The position numbers and the translations under genes were made by a program. The notes below the pieces were generated by a model that was not told the DNA's origin, did not search any database, and saw nothing but the letters and a program-made list of their open reading frames with translations. From Planctomycetota bacterium (lineage in GTDB: Bacteria; Planctomycetota; PLA2; JAEUHO01), in the NCBI GenBank assembly GCA_965222115.1, contig CBDCTJ010000001.1, forward strand, positions 416,001-480,000: a stretch of 64,000 bases of DNA, in the 5' to 3' direction. How positions within the stretch are numbered: the stretch's first letter is position 1; every line of letters starts with the position of its first letter. This document shows positions 10,082-18,524 of this stretch, piece by piece.

Positions 10082-11450
10082 AGCGCGCGTGCTGGTCGTA
10101 GAAGATGACGTGCATCAACGCGAGGCGTTGGTTGGATTTCTCGGCGACTCAGGCTACGAAGTCGCTGCGGCGAGTGACGTGGACGCGGCCAAGCATGAAT
10201 TGCGTGCGTCGTCATTCGATGCCGTGGTGACCGACTTCAATCTGCCAGGCGGCACCGGCCTTCATGTAATTCAGGCCGCGCAAGAACTTGCCCATGCGCC
10301 CGCGACCTTGTTGGTTACGGCCTATGGCACCATTCCCTTGGCGGTAGACGCCATGCGCGCGGGCGCCGTTGATGTGCAAGTGAAACCCGTCGACCCGCAG
10401 GCGCTGCTTGCAACCCTCGAACGCGCACTCCACACCCGTGCCCTTGAGAACGAGAACATCGATCTCCGCGATCGGCTGAATGAGCGCTTTGACTTTCCCG
10501 AATTCGTAGCTGAAAGCGAGGCCATGCGCCCCGTGCTGCGCGCCATTCGTCAAGTTGCCGCCACGCGTGCATCGGTACTCATTACGGGTGAAAGCGGAAC
10601 GGGCAAGGAAATGGTCGCCAAGTTGCTGCACACGCAGGGCAAGCAGCCCGAGGCACCGTTCGTCGCAGTGCACTGCGCAGCACTGCCGGAATCACTGCTT
10701 GAATCGGAGCTCTTTGGCCATGCGCGCGGTGCCTTTACGGGTGCTTCCGCGGATCGCACGGGCCGGTTTGAACAGGCGCATGGTGGCACGCTGTTCTTGG
10801 ATGAAGTCGGTGAGTTTCCCGCAAGCGTTCAAGTGAAGCTGCTGCGCGCGTTGCAAGAACGCGAGATTGTGCGTGTGGGTGAAAACGAACCGCGATCGGT
10901 GTCGTTTCGACTCATTGCCGCTACAAACGTTGATCTCGAACGCGAAGTTGCGGAAGGGCGCTTTCGTGAAGATCTTTACTATCGTCTCAACGTCGTTCGG
11001 ATTGCCTTGCCACCCCTTCGCGAGCGCCCAGAAGACATTCGACCCTTTGTAACACGTTTCATTCATGAGTGTGCAGCGAGCAACGACGTCCCGCCTAAGC
11101 CGATGAGCGAGGAGGCGCTGAAGGCACTCATCGCGTGCGAATTCCCGGGTAATGTTCGCCAATTGCGAAACGTGGTTGAGGGCGCGCTGTTGGTTGCAAG
11201 CGGACCCGAAATTCAGCCGCACGATCTTTCGCTACGGACCCCTACCTCCTTGCCATCGGACGTGAACCTCGACGGCCAAACGCTTCGTGAGGCACTCGAA
11301 CGTGTCGAACGTCGTCTCATTCGGCGCGCCCTCGCAGCCGCCGAAGGAGTTACGGCGCGCACGGCCGACGTCTTGGGGATTCCCGATCGCACCTTGCGCT
11401 ACAAGATTCGAAAACTTGGCATCCGCGAAGAAGGCAATGACTCGCCGTGA
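10074..11450 (+). CDS. Sigma-54-dependent response regulator (NtrC/ZraR/AtoC-type bEBP)
   Basis: Receiver (VVEDD, TD..LPG), Walker A GESGTGKE, GAFTGA loop, FLDE, FREDLYYRL, PGNVRQL, Fis-type HTH. Start overlaps the kinase 3' end. Confidence 0.96.
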   Translation: MTRARVLVVEDDVHQREALVGFLGDSGYEVAAASDVDAAKHELRASSFDAVVTDFNLPGGTGLHVIQAAQELAHAPATLLVTAYGTIPLAVDAMRAGAVDVQVKPVDPQALLATLERALHTRALENENIDLRDRLNERFDFPEFVAESEAMRPVLRAIRQVAATRASVLITGESGTGKEMVAKLLHTQGKQPEAPFVAVHCAALPESLLESELFGHARGAFTGASADRTGRFEQAHGGTLFLDEVGEFPASVQVKLLRALQEREIVRVGENEPRSVSFRLIAATNVDLEREVAEGRFREDLYYRLNVVRIALPPLRERPEDIRPFVTRFIHECAASNDVPPKPMSEEALKALIACEFPGNVRQLRNVVEGALLVASGPEIQPHDLSLRTPTSLPSDVNLDGQTLREALERVERRLIRRALAAAEGVTARTADVLGIPDRTLRYKIRKLGIREEGNDSP

Positions 11451-11454
11451 ATTC

Positions 11455-11468
11455 GGCAACATGTTGCC
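11455..11468. promoter_or_regulatory. Perfect 14-bp palindrome, candidate bEBP upstream activator site
   Basis: GGCAACATGTTGCC, about 90 bp upstream of the -24 element below. Confidence 0.6.
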
Positions 11469-11556
11469 AGCGATAATCGCGCGCCGTTCGAATGGGACAT
11501 ACGCAACCGACCACCAATCAAGTGCTTAGAGCGTATTCCTGGACGCCGCGCAAGTC

Positions 11557-11572
11557 CGGCACCGCGGTTGCG
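11557..11572 (+). promoter_or_regulatory. Sigma-54 -24/-12 promoter
   Basis: CGGCAC-CGCGG-TTGCG, with GG(11558-9)-N10-GC(11570-1), matching YGGCAC-N5-TTGC; 46 nt upstream of ATG 11618. Confidence 0.8.
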
Positions 11573-11617
11573 AGTCATCCAGCGAAGTTCGCCCCATAAA
11601 CTTCGAGGAACACGAAC

Positions 11618-12457
11618 ATGTCAACAACGCTGAACTCAACGAAGCGTGCCAATGGGTCGGTGCGACCGTGGGTTGGGATCGCCCTGCTCGCCGCGCTGCT
11701 CCTGGTCGTTCCGGCCATGGCCACCGACCATTCACCTTGTGCCGAAGCGCGCGGTGGGCCGGGTGGGCCTCCTCCTGGACCGCCGCCGGGCCCACCTCTA
11801 GGACCACCGCCCGGTGGTGATAGTGCTCCGCCCATGCCTCCGCCGCCTCCGCCCGGTGATGGATTGCCGCCCGGCAATGGAATGCCGCCCGGTGCAGGTG
11901 GCGGCATGCCTCCCGGCCCGCCCCCGGAGATGCCCGATGCGCTGCGCGAACTGCTCGAAGCGCTTATGGGCATGGAGCCCGGCTGTCCGCCTCCCGGCGA
12001 CGGTGGCATGCCCCCGCCGCCACCGCCACCTCCGCCACCACCGCCACCGGGTGGTGATGGACCCCCACCCCCACCCGGCGGAGATGGCGACGGACCGCCG
12101 CGCCCGCCTGGATTCCCACCCCTGCCACCAGGCTTTGACCCCGGTGACTTGCCTCCGCCGCCCGATGGGGACGACGTGCCGCCGTTGCCTCCAGGGTTCG
12201 ATCCCGGTGATCTTCCTCCGCCGCCGCCTGGTGGTGATGGGCCGCCCCCACCGCCGCCGCCACCGCCCGACGGATTTCCAGACTTGCCACCGCCGCCAGG
12301 TTGGGGCGACGACGGCACCGGCGAGCCACCAACGAAAGCCGACTGGGAGAAGTGGCTAAAGGAACTTGACGCCGCACTTGAAGAGGCCATGGAGGCCTGG
12401 GAAGAGCACGTCAAGAGCGAAGGGCCGAAGAAGAAGGATGACGCGGGCGACAAGTAG
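11618..12457 (+). CDS. Exported polyproline-rich protein with a C-terminal amphipathic helix
   Basis: GAGGA RBS, signal peptide (..VVPAMA), PPP/GGD repeats, PPLPPGFDPGDLPPPP twice, helix DWEKWLKELDAALEEAMEAWEEH. Confidence 0.8.
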   Translation: MSTTLNSTKRANGSVRPWVGIALLAALLLVVPAMATDHSPCAEARGGPGGPPPGPPPGPPLGPPPGGDSAPPMPPPPPPGDGLPPGNGMPPGAGGGMPPGPPPEMPDALRELLEALMGMEPGCPPPGDGGMPPPPPPPPPPPPPGGDGPPPPPGGDGDGPPRPPGFPPLPPGFDPGDLPPPPDGDDVPPLPPGFDPGDLPPPPPGGDGPPPPPPPPPDGFPDLPPPPGWGDDGTGEPPTKADWEKWLKELDAALEEAMEAWEEHVKSEGPKKKDDAGDK

Positions 12458-12468
12458 CGCGTCAACCG

Positions 12469-12510
12469 GTGAGCGCGCGTCGTTTCGCGGCGCGCGTTCA
12501 CGTTTCATTT
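12469..12510 (+). terminator. Intrinsic terminator
   Basis: GTGAGCGCGCGTCG-TTTCG-CGGCGCGCGTTCAC stem followed by GTTTCATTT, just after the stop at 12457. Confidence 0.65.
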
Positions 12511-12589
12511 CGCGAATTCTAGTGCCGACCAGTGCATCACGAACTGCACGATCTACTTTTGCCGCGAAGATCTTCGATGAGAGGTAGCC

Positions 12590-14077
12590 ATGGTGTCATC
12601 ACGCTTGAATCCTCGCCGTGCGGTCGCCCCGATTGGGCTGTGCATCGCCACACTCGCCATAGCGCTATGCTCTACGTTCGCTACGGCGGCGGAACAGAAC
12701 CAGACACCTCTTCCCGGCGTGGCCAAGCCGGCGAACCCCGCAAAGGGAAACGAGCAGCCCACTGAAACGGGTACGCAGCTCTCCAAATCACTGAGTCAAC
12801 TTATCGGGCAACAAAACAAATTGCTCGCAAGCAAGCAGGCGGGAAGCGCAAAGAAGACGTATCGCCTTCTACTCAAAGACAATCCATCCAGCGAAGTTGC
12901 GCGTTTCCTCTATGGGCGCGTCTTGGGAGGAAAGAAGGGCCGCCAACTTATGGCGATGGCCCTCGAAGGTCGCCTGGGACTCGACGCCGATCAGTATAGG
13001 GAGATAGGATTGGCGTGGGACATCCTCGCCCGTTCCTACATCAAGGCTGATGATCTGCCGGCGGCATTGAAAGCCGCCAAGCACGGCGCGTCTCTCATGC
13101 GCAACGCTTCTGCTTACGGCCTGGTGGCGTGGATTGCAACACGGCTTGGGAACGACGACGTCGCAATCCTGAACTACACACAGAGTCTTCGACAGAATCC
13201 TCGCAACCTGCCATCGCGCCACGAACTCGTTCAACTCCTGCTCAAGAAGAACCGCGTCGTATCCGCACTGAAGGTCGCCAAAGGCACGTTGATTCTGGCG
13301 CCGCGAGAGCACCGAGCGCATTTGCTGTGGGGTACCGCCCTTGCGGCGGCGGGCAATACAACGGCGGCGCGATCGGCATACCAAGTAGCTATCAAACTTG
13401 CGGATGGCAATCCCGACCGCGTGTCTGCCGTGGCGGCAGCACTGCGTCGCATTGAACACGCCGAATTGGCCGAGGCCGCAATCAAGGCTTCCCTTGAAGA
13501 GGCTCCCAAACACTATGGACTCTTGGTCAACCTCGCGCTTATCCACCTGGATCGGGAGGAGAAGGCCGACGCCATCAAACTCTTGCTCAAGGCAAAAAGG
13601 GCGCACCCAAGGCTGGCCTCCACCCACTACCTGCTGGGACTCGCCCACCTGCGCGCGAAAGAAGGTGGCAAGGCTGCAAGGGCACTCCACGCTGCGCTGC
13701 GCTGCGACGGCGACGTACTCGACTATTACCTCACCCTTGGGCAGGCGTACAACTCGATTGAAAAACATGATGCGGCATTGAGTGTGCTCAAGCGCGCGGC
13801 GTCGAAGTTTCCTGATGAGCCGCGCGCCCAGGCGTCCTACGGCCATGCGCTTTACACCAGCAAGAAGAACAAGGCGGCCGCTCGCGCCTATGAACGCGTG
13901 CTAAAGCTCAAGCCCGACGACACCAATGCGCGCTTTATGCTGGCTTTGGTATATGGTACACGTCTCGGCCAACTGGAGCGCGCCTACGACCTACTCGAAG
14001 AATACGACCGCCTCGGAGGCACGGAACCCGGGGCCGTCAGTTGGCTCAAACAACTCCGCAAGAAGTTTCGAAGGTAA
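12590..14077 (+). CDS. Exported TPR-repeat protein
   Basis: GAGG RBS, signal peptide, many TPR repeats (e.g. AHLLWGTALAAAGNTTAARSAYQVAIKL). Confidence 0.9.
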   Translation: MVSSRLNPRRAVAPIGLCIATLAIALCSTFATAAEQNQTPLPGVAKPANPAKGNEQPTETGTQLSKSLSQLIGQQNKLLASKQAGSAKKTYRLLLKDNPSSEVARFLYGRVLGGKKGRQLMAMALEGRLGLDADQYREIGLAWDILARSYIKADDLPAALKAAKHGASLMRNASAYGLVAWIATRLGNDDVAILNYTQSLRQNPRNLPSRHELVQLLLKKNRVVSALKVAKGTLILAPREHRAHLLWGTALAAAGNTTAARSAYQVAIKLADGNPDRVSAVAAALRRIEHAELAEAAIKASLEEAPKHYGLLVNLALIHLDREEKADAIKLLLKAKRAHPRLASTHYLLGLAHLRAKEGGKAARALHAALRCDGDVLDYYLTLGQAYNSIEKHDAALSVLKRAASKFPDEPRAQASYGHALYTSKKNKAAARAYERVLKLKPDDTNARFMLALVYGTRLGQLERAYDLLEEYDRLGGTEPGAVSWLKQLRKKFRR

Positions 14078-15441
14078 TGAGCACTAGGGCACGATGCCGA
14101 TCTTTGTTGGGCCGGTCATTGACTGCAGTGGTACTCGCACTCGCGCTGTGCCCTTGGGCGGCCACAACAAGCTTCGCCAAGGCATCCGGCGCACCCCACA
14201 CCTACATTGGTGCTCAGGGGAAGAGTCCCGCACCCTTGGGTGAACACGCCGTGGTTACGAAAGCCGAGCGCGGATGTTCGATCGAAGTGAAACCTGGCGC
14301 CGCGTGGGCCCGCGCATCGATGCGCGGAGGTCCAAAGAACATTGCCAGCTATGCGCACATGACATTGCGCGTGCGCAGCAGCAACGCCACGAGTGCTCCC
14401 TCACTTCAGATTCGAGATACTGCCAACGTCGTGGCTTCACTGCGCGTGCCTGCGATTCCCAAGGCGTGGGCCGACATGAAGCTACCGCTGGGCGACTTTC
14501 GCGCGGCGCCAGGATTTAACCCAACATCCATTAAGACCGTTTCTCTGGTTTGGTACAAGACGCAGGGTCATCGCGTAGACATCGCCGACCTCTCCATTCA
14601 CCAAGGTGAAGGCACGTGGCGACACGACCCCAAGGTGCTGGCAGAGCGCGTTTTCGGTGCGCGACGCATGAAGTCGGTCAGTCGCGTAAAAACCAAACAC
14701 TTCGATCTCTGGACCGATGCATCGTCTGCCAAGCGCAAGCTCCCCAAACTCATGGAAGCCATAGTCAAACGAGCGAGCAAGCAGTTGGGGCTGACCGACA
14801 AGGACGTAGACGGCTACCGACTTCCCGTCTACGTGTTCAAGTCGTCCAAGGAATTTCGAGCCTATGGCAAGCGTGTCTATGGCTGGACGGATGAAGCCGC
14901 CACACGAGCCAACGCAGCCGGCTCCTACTGGTCTCTCACGCTCCACTATCAAGGCAAAGGTGAAGAGACCCTCACGCGTCGAATTGGCAAATCGCTCTGG
15001 CAACATCTCATAGGCCATGGCGGCGGCGCGTGGCTTGATGACGGCTTTGGTGAGATGTGCGTTGCTGCGTTGAAGAAACAAACGTGTACCAAGAACATCC
15101 TCTCGCGCATTAAGTCGGGCGACCATTGGTCACTTGCCGGTCTTGTACGCGCCGACAAGCTCTACAAGACCGACACCAAACAGCGGTACGACTACCGCCC
15201 GGTGTACCAACTCGCAGGCTCCGTTGTGGAGTTTCTGATTCACGCCCCCGACGCCTTCGCCACGTTTCCCAAAGATGAGAACGACAAGCCCTCCACGCGC
15301 CTGGCCCTGCAGTCGTTGGCCAACACACACCAGTCCGGCAACAAACGCGTTAAAGCCGTCGAAAGGTTACTAGGCCGCTCCATGGATCAGGTCCAATCAA
15401 CGTGGAAAGCCTGGGCCCTCGTCTTTGGGAAGCGGAAGTAG
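14077..15441 (+). CDS. Exported protein with a beta-sandwich (CBM-like) N domain and a degenerate peptidase-MA/DUF1570-like C domain
   Basis: TAATG coupling to the TPR gene; signal peptide; KTKHFDLWTD, LPVYVF..KEF, AWLDDGFGE, YQLAGSVVEFL. Confidence 0.7.
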   Translation: MSTRARCRSLLGRSLTAVVLALALCPWAATTSFAKASGAPHTYIGAQGKSPAPLGEHAVVTKAERGCSIEVKPGAAWARASMRGGPKNIASYAHMTLRVRSSNATSAPSLQIRDTANVVASLRVPAIPKAWADMKLPLGDFRAAPGFNPTSIKTVSLVWYKTQGHRVDIADLSIHQGEGTWRHDPKVLAERVFGARRMKSVSRVKTKHFDLWTDASSAKRKLPKLMEAIVKRASKQLGLTDKDVDGYRLPVYVFKSSKEFRAYGKRVYGWTDEAATRANAAGSYWSLTLHYQGKGEETLTRRIGKSLWQHLIGHGGGAWLDDGFGEMCVAALKKQTCTKNILSRIKSGDHWSLAGLVRADKLYKTDTKQRYDYRPVYQLAGSVVEFLIHAPDAFATFPKDENDKPSTRLALQSLANTHQSGNKRVKAVERLLGRSMDQVQSTWKAWALVFGKRK

Positions 15442-15460
15442 CCTCTCGGTCGAGGATGGA

Positions 15461-15691
15461 CTACGCTGCGCTTTGCTTGAAGCCTCCGTCTCGCGAAGGA
15501 TCGATTCGCAGGTGTCCGCCGGGCGCCGAATCGTCGTCTCGGCTGGCGAAGAGGGCCTCCATCAGAAGCGCAAGCGCGATGAGCAGCGCGGCAGGCAGTA
15601 CGACGGGCGCGCTCGAGAGTCCATGGATGAAGCGGCCAAAGAGCGGCGAGCTCTCTTTCGATGAGGCAGGCGTGGTAGGTTGTCGCGTCAT
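15461..15691 (-). CDS. Small single-TM hypothetical protein
   Basis: GGAG RBS, 76 aa, one hydrophobic helix; fills an intergenic gap. Confidence 0.45.
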   Translation of the reverse strand: MTRQPTTPASSKESSPLFGRFIHGLSSAPVVLPAALLIALALLMEALFASRDDDSAPGGHLRIDPSRDGGFKQSAA

Positions 15692-15861
15692 AGTAGTGGG
15701 TCTCCGTGGCGACCGCGGATTGGCCGCTATGGGAAACCAGCGGATCTGACGGTCGCTTCACTACAGGTGCTGGAAGCGGCCGAAATTCGGGGGAAGGACG
15801 TAGCGATTTTGATTTCGATTCCGCTGATAGGGGTTGAGACCTCCCGGAGCCCCGACACGCC

Positions 15862-17919
15862 ATGACGCACGAACCCGACTCCGATTCGTTCAAAGCCGAC
15901 GCATCGGTGGCCGACTGCCTCGAAGATCTCCATCGCCGCCGGGCGTTGGGCGAGACCATTTCGCCCGAGGACTATCGTGAGTCGCTGGGCGACAACTGGT
16001 CGATGTTCGAAGAGGTGCTCGACGCAGAAGCGTTGCTGGAAACGCCGTCGGTTACGTCGCGCGCCTTGCCCCGACCGTTGGGCCCCTACACATTGCTTCG
16101 AAAGATTGGCTGGGGCGCCATGGGTGTGGTCTACGACGCCGTTCATCGAGAGCTCGGTCGCCGCGTCGCGCTGAAGTTATTGACGTCCGCACACGAGCCG
16201 TCCTTCGAAGAACGGTTTCGACGAGAAGCACGCGCCGCAGCGCAAGTTCGAAACGATCACATCGTCGAAATCTACGAAGCGGGGGAGGCAGATGGCCAAC
16301 TCTACTACGCAATGTCCTACGTCGAGGGCGATACGCTGCAGAAGGTCATCAAGAACGGCGACGTACCGGGCGACAACGAGCTTTGCGAGCAAGCCGCCCA
16401 CGTAGCCGACGCACTGCAAGAACTTCACGATGTCGGCATCTTGCATCGTGACATCAAACCGTCGAATCTCATCTACGACCGCAAGGATCGGCTCGTCTTG
16501 GCCGACTTTGGCCTGGCGCGCACGGAGGATACGCAATCCCTCACGCGCTCGGGCGATGGCTTGGGCACGCCGCGCTATATGAGTCCAGAGCAGTTCTTGG
16601 GACGACGCAAAGACATTGCGGCCACGTCCGACATCTACGGACTCGGCGCCACGATGTACGAGGCACTACTGGGCGTGCCCCCCTTTCAACGCGATGACGT
16701 CGGCGCGCTGATGAAAGCCGTGCTCCACGAGCGTCCGAGCAAGCCCTCAAAGATTCGACCCAACTTCCCGCCCAAGTTGGAGTACATCCTCCTGCGCTGC
16801 TTGGCGCGCGAACCCGAAGATCGCTACTCGTCGGCCGCGGCACTGGCACGCGATCTTCGAGCGTTCGCAGCGGGCGAGGCCATTGTTGAGGAGGGCACGC
16901 CATGGTGGCGACGCGCGTGGCGGAAAATTCGTCGTCATCCCAAGTCCGCCGCCGCGCTAGCACTACTCACCACGTTGCCATTCATTCTGTGGTTCGCGCT
17001 GCGCCCCACCACCGCGTCGCTCACGGTGAAGGGACCCGAGCAAGCCACAGTCAGCGTGAATCACGCATCTCACGCGGTCGTGCCGCATCAAACAACGGTG
17101 GCCCCAGGCAAGGTGCATCTCCTTCTTCGTTTGCGGGGACACCAGGATCGCGTCATCGATGACTTAACGGTTGAGGCCGGCGAAGAAGCCACCGTGGTTG
17201 CCACGCACTTCGTGATTCAAGACACGAGCAATCCAGAGGTGTTGGCATCCGCCGCCGCGCGCAATGCGTGGCCCCATGCGGCGCCCGTAGATCCAAACGA
17301 GCCTCTCAATGCTCCACGAAGCAAGGGGAATTTCGATGCGCTGCTGCTCTATCCTCAAGGAAACGTGCGTGTGGAGGACCTTAGAAACCTCCGTGCAGAG
17401 GTGGGCGTGAACTTTGAGGGGTATGGTCGCTTTGAATTTCGTCGAGGCGATGACGTTCTTTGGTCCAGCGGCGAAATCGAAATGCTGCGCACGCATGAAG
17501 CGATTCCCGACGCTGTGCGCGCGGGTCTCAAGCCGGGGGACGTGCTCACTTGGGGCATTTATGACGAGCAGGGGACGCCGCGTAGCACGACGACGTGTAA
17601 CGTCGTCGAAGGTCCGCCCGGCGAGCAGATCGCCAAACTTGACGCGTCGCTTAACGATCCCCGGGCGCCACAGAGCAAAGACGTGAAGGCGTACTTCCGC
17701 GCCCAGCAACTTGTGAACGCTAAACTCTTTACCGGCGCCGCGCTCGCACTGGAAGATCTTCGAAACCAAGGTCACGTGTCGGCACTCTTGATTCGACTCG
17801 AAGGCCTCGTCTTGCAGGCGATGCATGCCGACGACGCCATGAAACTCGCAACGTCGCATCACTGGAACCAGTTGCTCCACGCGCAACAGACGCTCCTCAA
17901 GCGTCGGGAGTCCAAGTAA
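15862..17919 (+). CDS. Hanks-type Ser/Thr protein kinase with TM helix and PEGA-like extracytoplasmic part
   Basis: GWGAMGVVY, VALK, HRDIKPSN, DFGLAR, GTPRYMSPEQ, SDIYGLG. Confidence 0.95.
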   Translation: MTHEPDSDSFKADASVADCLEDLHRRRALGETISPEDYRESLGDNWSMFEEVLDAEALLETPSVTSRALPRPLGPYTLLRKIGWGAMGVVYDAVHRELGRRVALKLLTSAHEPSFEERFRREARAAAQVRNDHIVEIYEAGEADGQLYYAMSYVEGDTLQKVIKNGDVPGDNELCEQAAHVADALQELHDVGILHRDIKPSNLIYDRKDRLVLADFGLARTEDTQSLTRSGDGLGTPRYMSPEQFLGRRKDIAATSDIYGLGATMYEALLGVPPFQRDDVGALMKAVLHERPSKPSKIRPNFPPKLEYILLRCLAREPEDRYSSAAALARDLRAFAAGEAIVEEGTPWWRRAWRKIRRHPKSAAALALLTTLPFILWFALRPTTASLTVKGPEQATVSVNHASHAVVPHQTTVAPGKVHLLLRLRGHQDRVIDDLTVEAGEEATVVATHFVIQDTSNPEVLASAAARNAWPHAAPVDPNEPLNAPRSKGNFDALLLYPQGNVRVEDLRNLRAEVGVNFEGYGRFEFRRGDDVLWSSGEIEMLRTHEAIPDAVRAGLKPGDVLTWGIYDEQGTPRSTTTCNVVEGPPGEQIAKLDASLNDPRAPQSKDVKAYFRAQQLVNAKLFTGAALALEDLRNQGHVSALLIRLEGLVLQAMHADDAMKLATSHHWNQLLHAQQTLLKRRESK

Positions 17920-17947
17920 CCGATGCGCTGCGTGTGGTCATTCATTC

Positions 17948-18519
17948 ATGAGTAGGCCCGAAGACACAAAGGCGCGCCTCGCCGCTGGCCTTGATGGGCA
18001 TCGCGAGGCGCTCAACATGGCATTCGAAGCGGTGCGCCCCGATCTTGAGCAATGGGTCGCGCTGCGCATGGGCGCCCGCCTACAGCAACGAATTGACATT
18101 GAAGATGTAGTCCAGGAGACGCTTATGGTGGATTTACACCCCACGAACAGGGTGACTTCTTCAAATGGTTGCGCCGCATTGCCGACAACCGAATTCGCGA
18201 TGCCGCCGACTGGATGAACGCACAACGGCGCAACCCCAAACGGGAGCGTCAACTTGACAGTCGCAAGCGCGCCTCGTGGACATCGGCCAGCATGGCGCTG
18301 GCAACACGAGAGTGTCATGAGCGCGTGCTGGCCATTTTGGCGTCCCTCGACCAACAAGATCGCGACTTGATTCGCATGATTCGCCGGGAAGGACTGCGCT
18401 ATGCAGAAGCGGGGGAACGACTTGGGATTTCGGAAAGGAACGCGGGCGTCCGCTTGGTGCGCGCCCTTCGAACACTGCGACACCGTTGCGCGGACACGAC
18501 TTTTGAAGTGCTCTGGTAG
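17948..18519 (+). pseudogene. ECF sigma factor, frameshifted near 18130
   Basis: Frame A reads ..RIDIEDVVQETLMV. The -1 frame continues GFTPHEQGDFFKWLRRIADNRIRD..EGLRYAEAGERLGIS..RLVRAL (region 4 HTH). Confidence 0.85.
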
Positions 18520-18524
18520 CGGGT

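Noticed and set aside
11750-12330. Possible CRISPR or DNA tandem-repeat array
   Set aside because: The repeats are codon-level Pro/Gly runs with no constant repeat-spacer period.
11575-12501. 308-aa Gly-rich minus-strand ORF
   Set aside because: Antisense shadow of the Pro-rich gene, which has the RBS, signal peptide, promoter and terminator.
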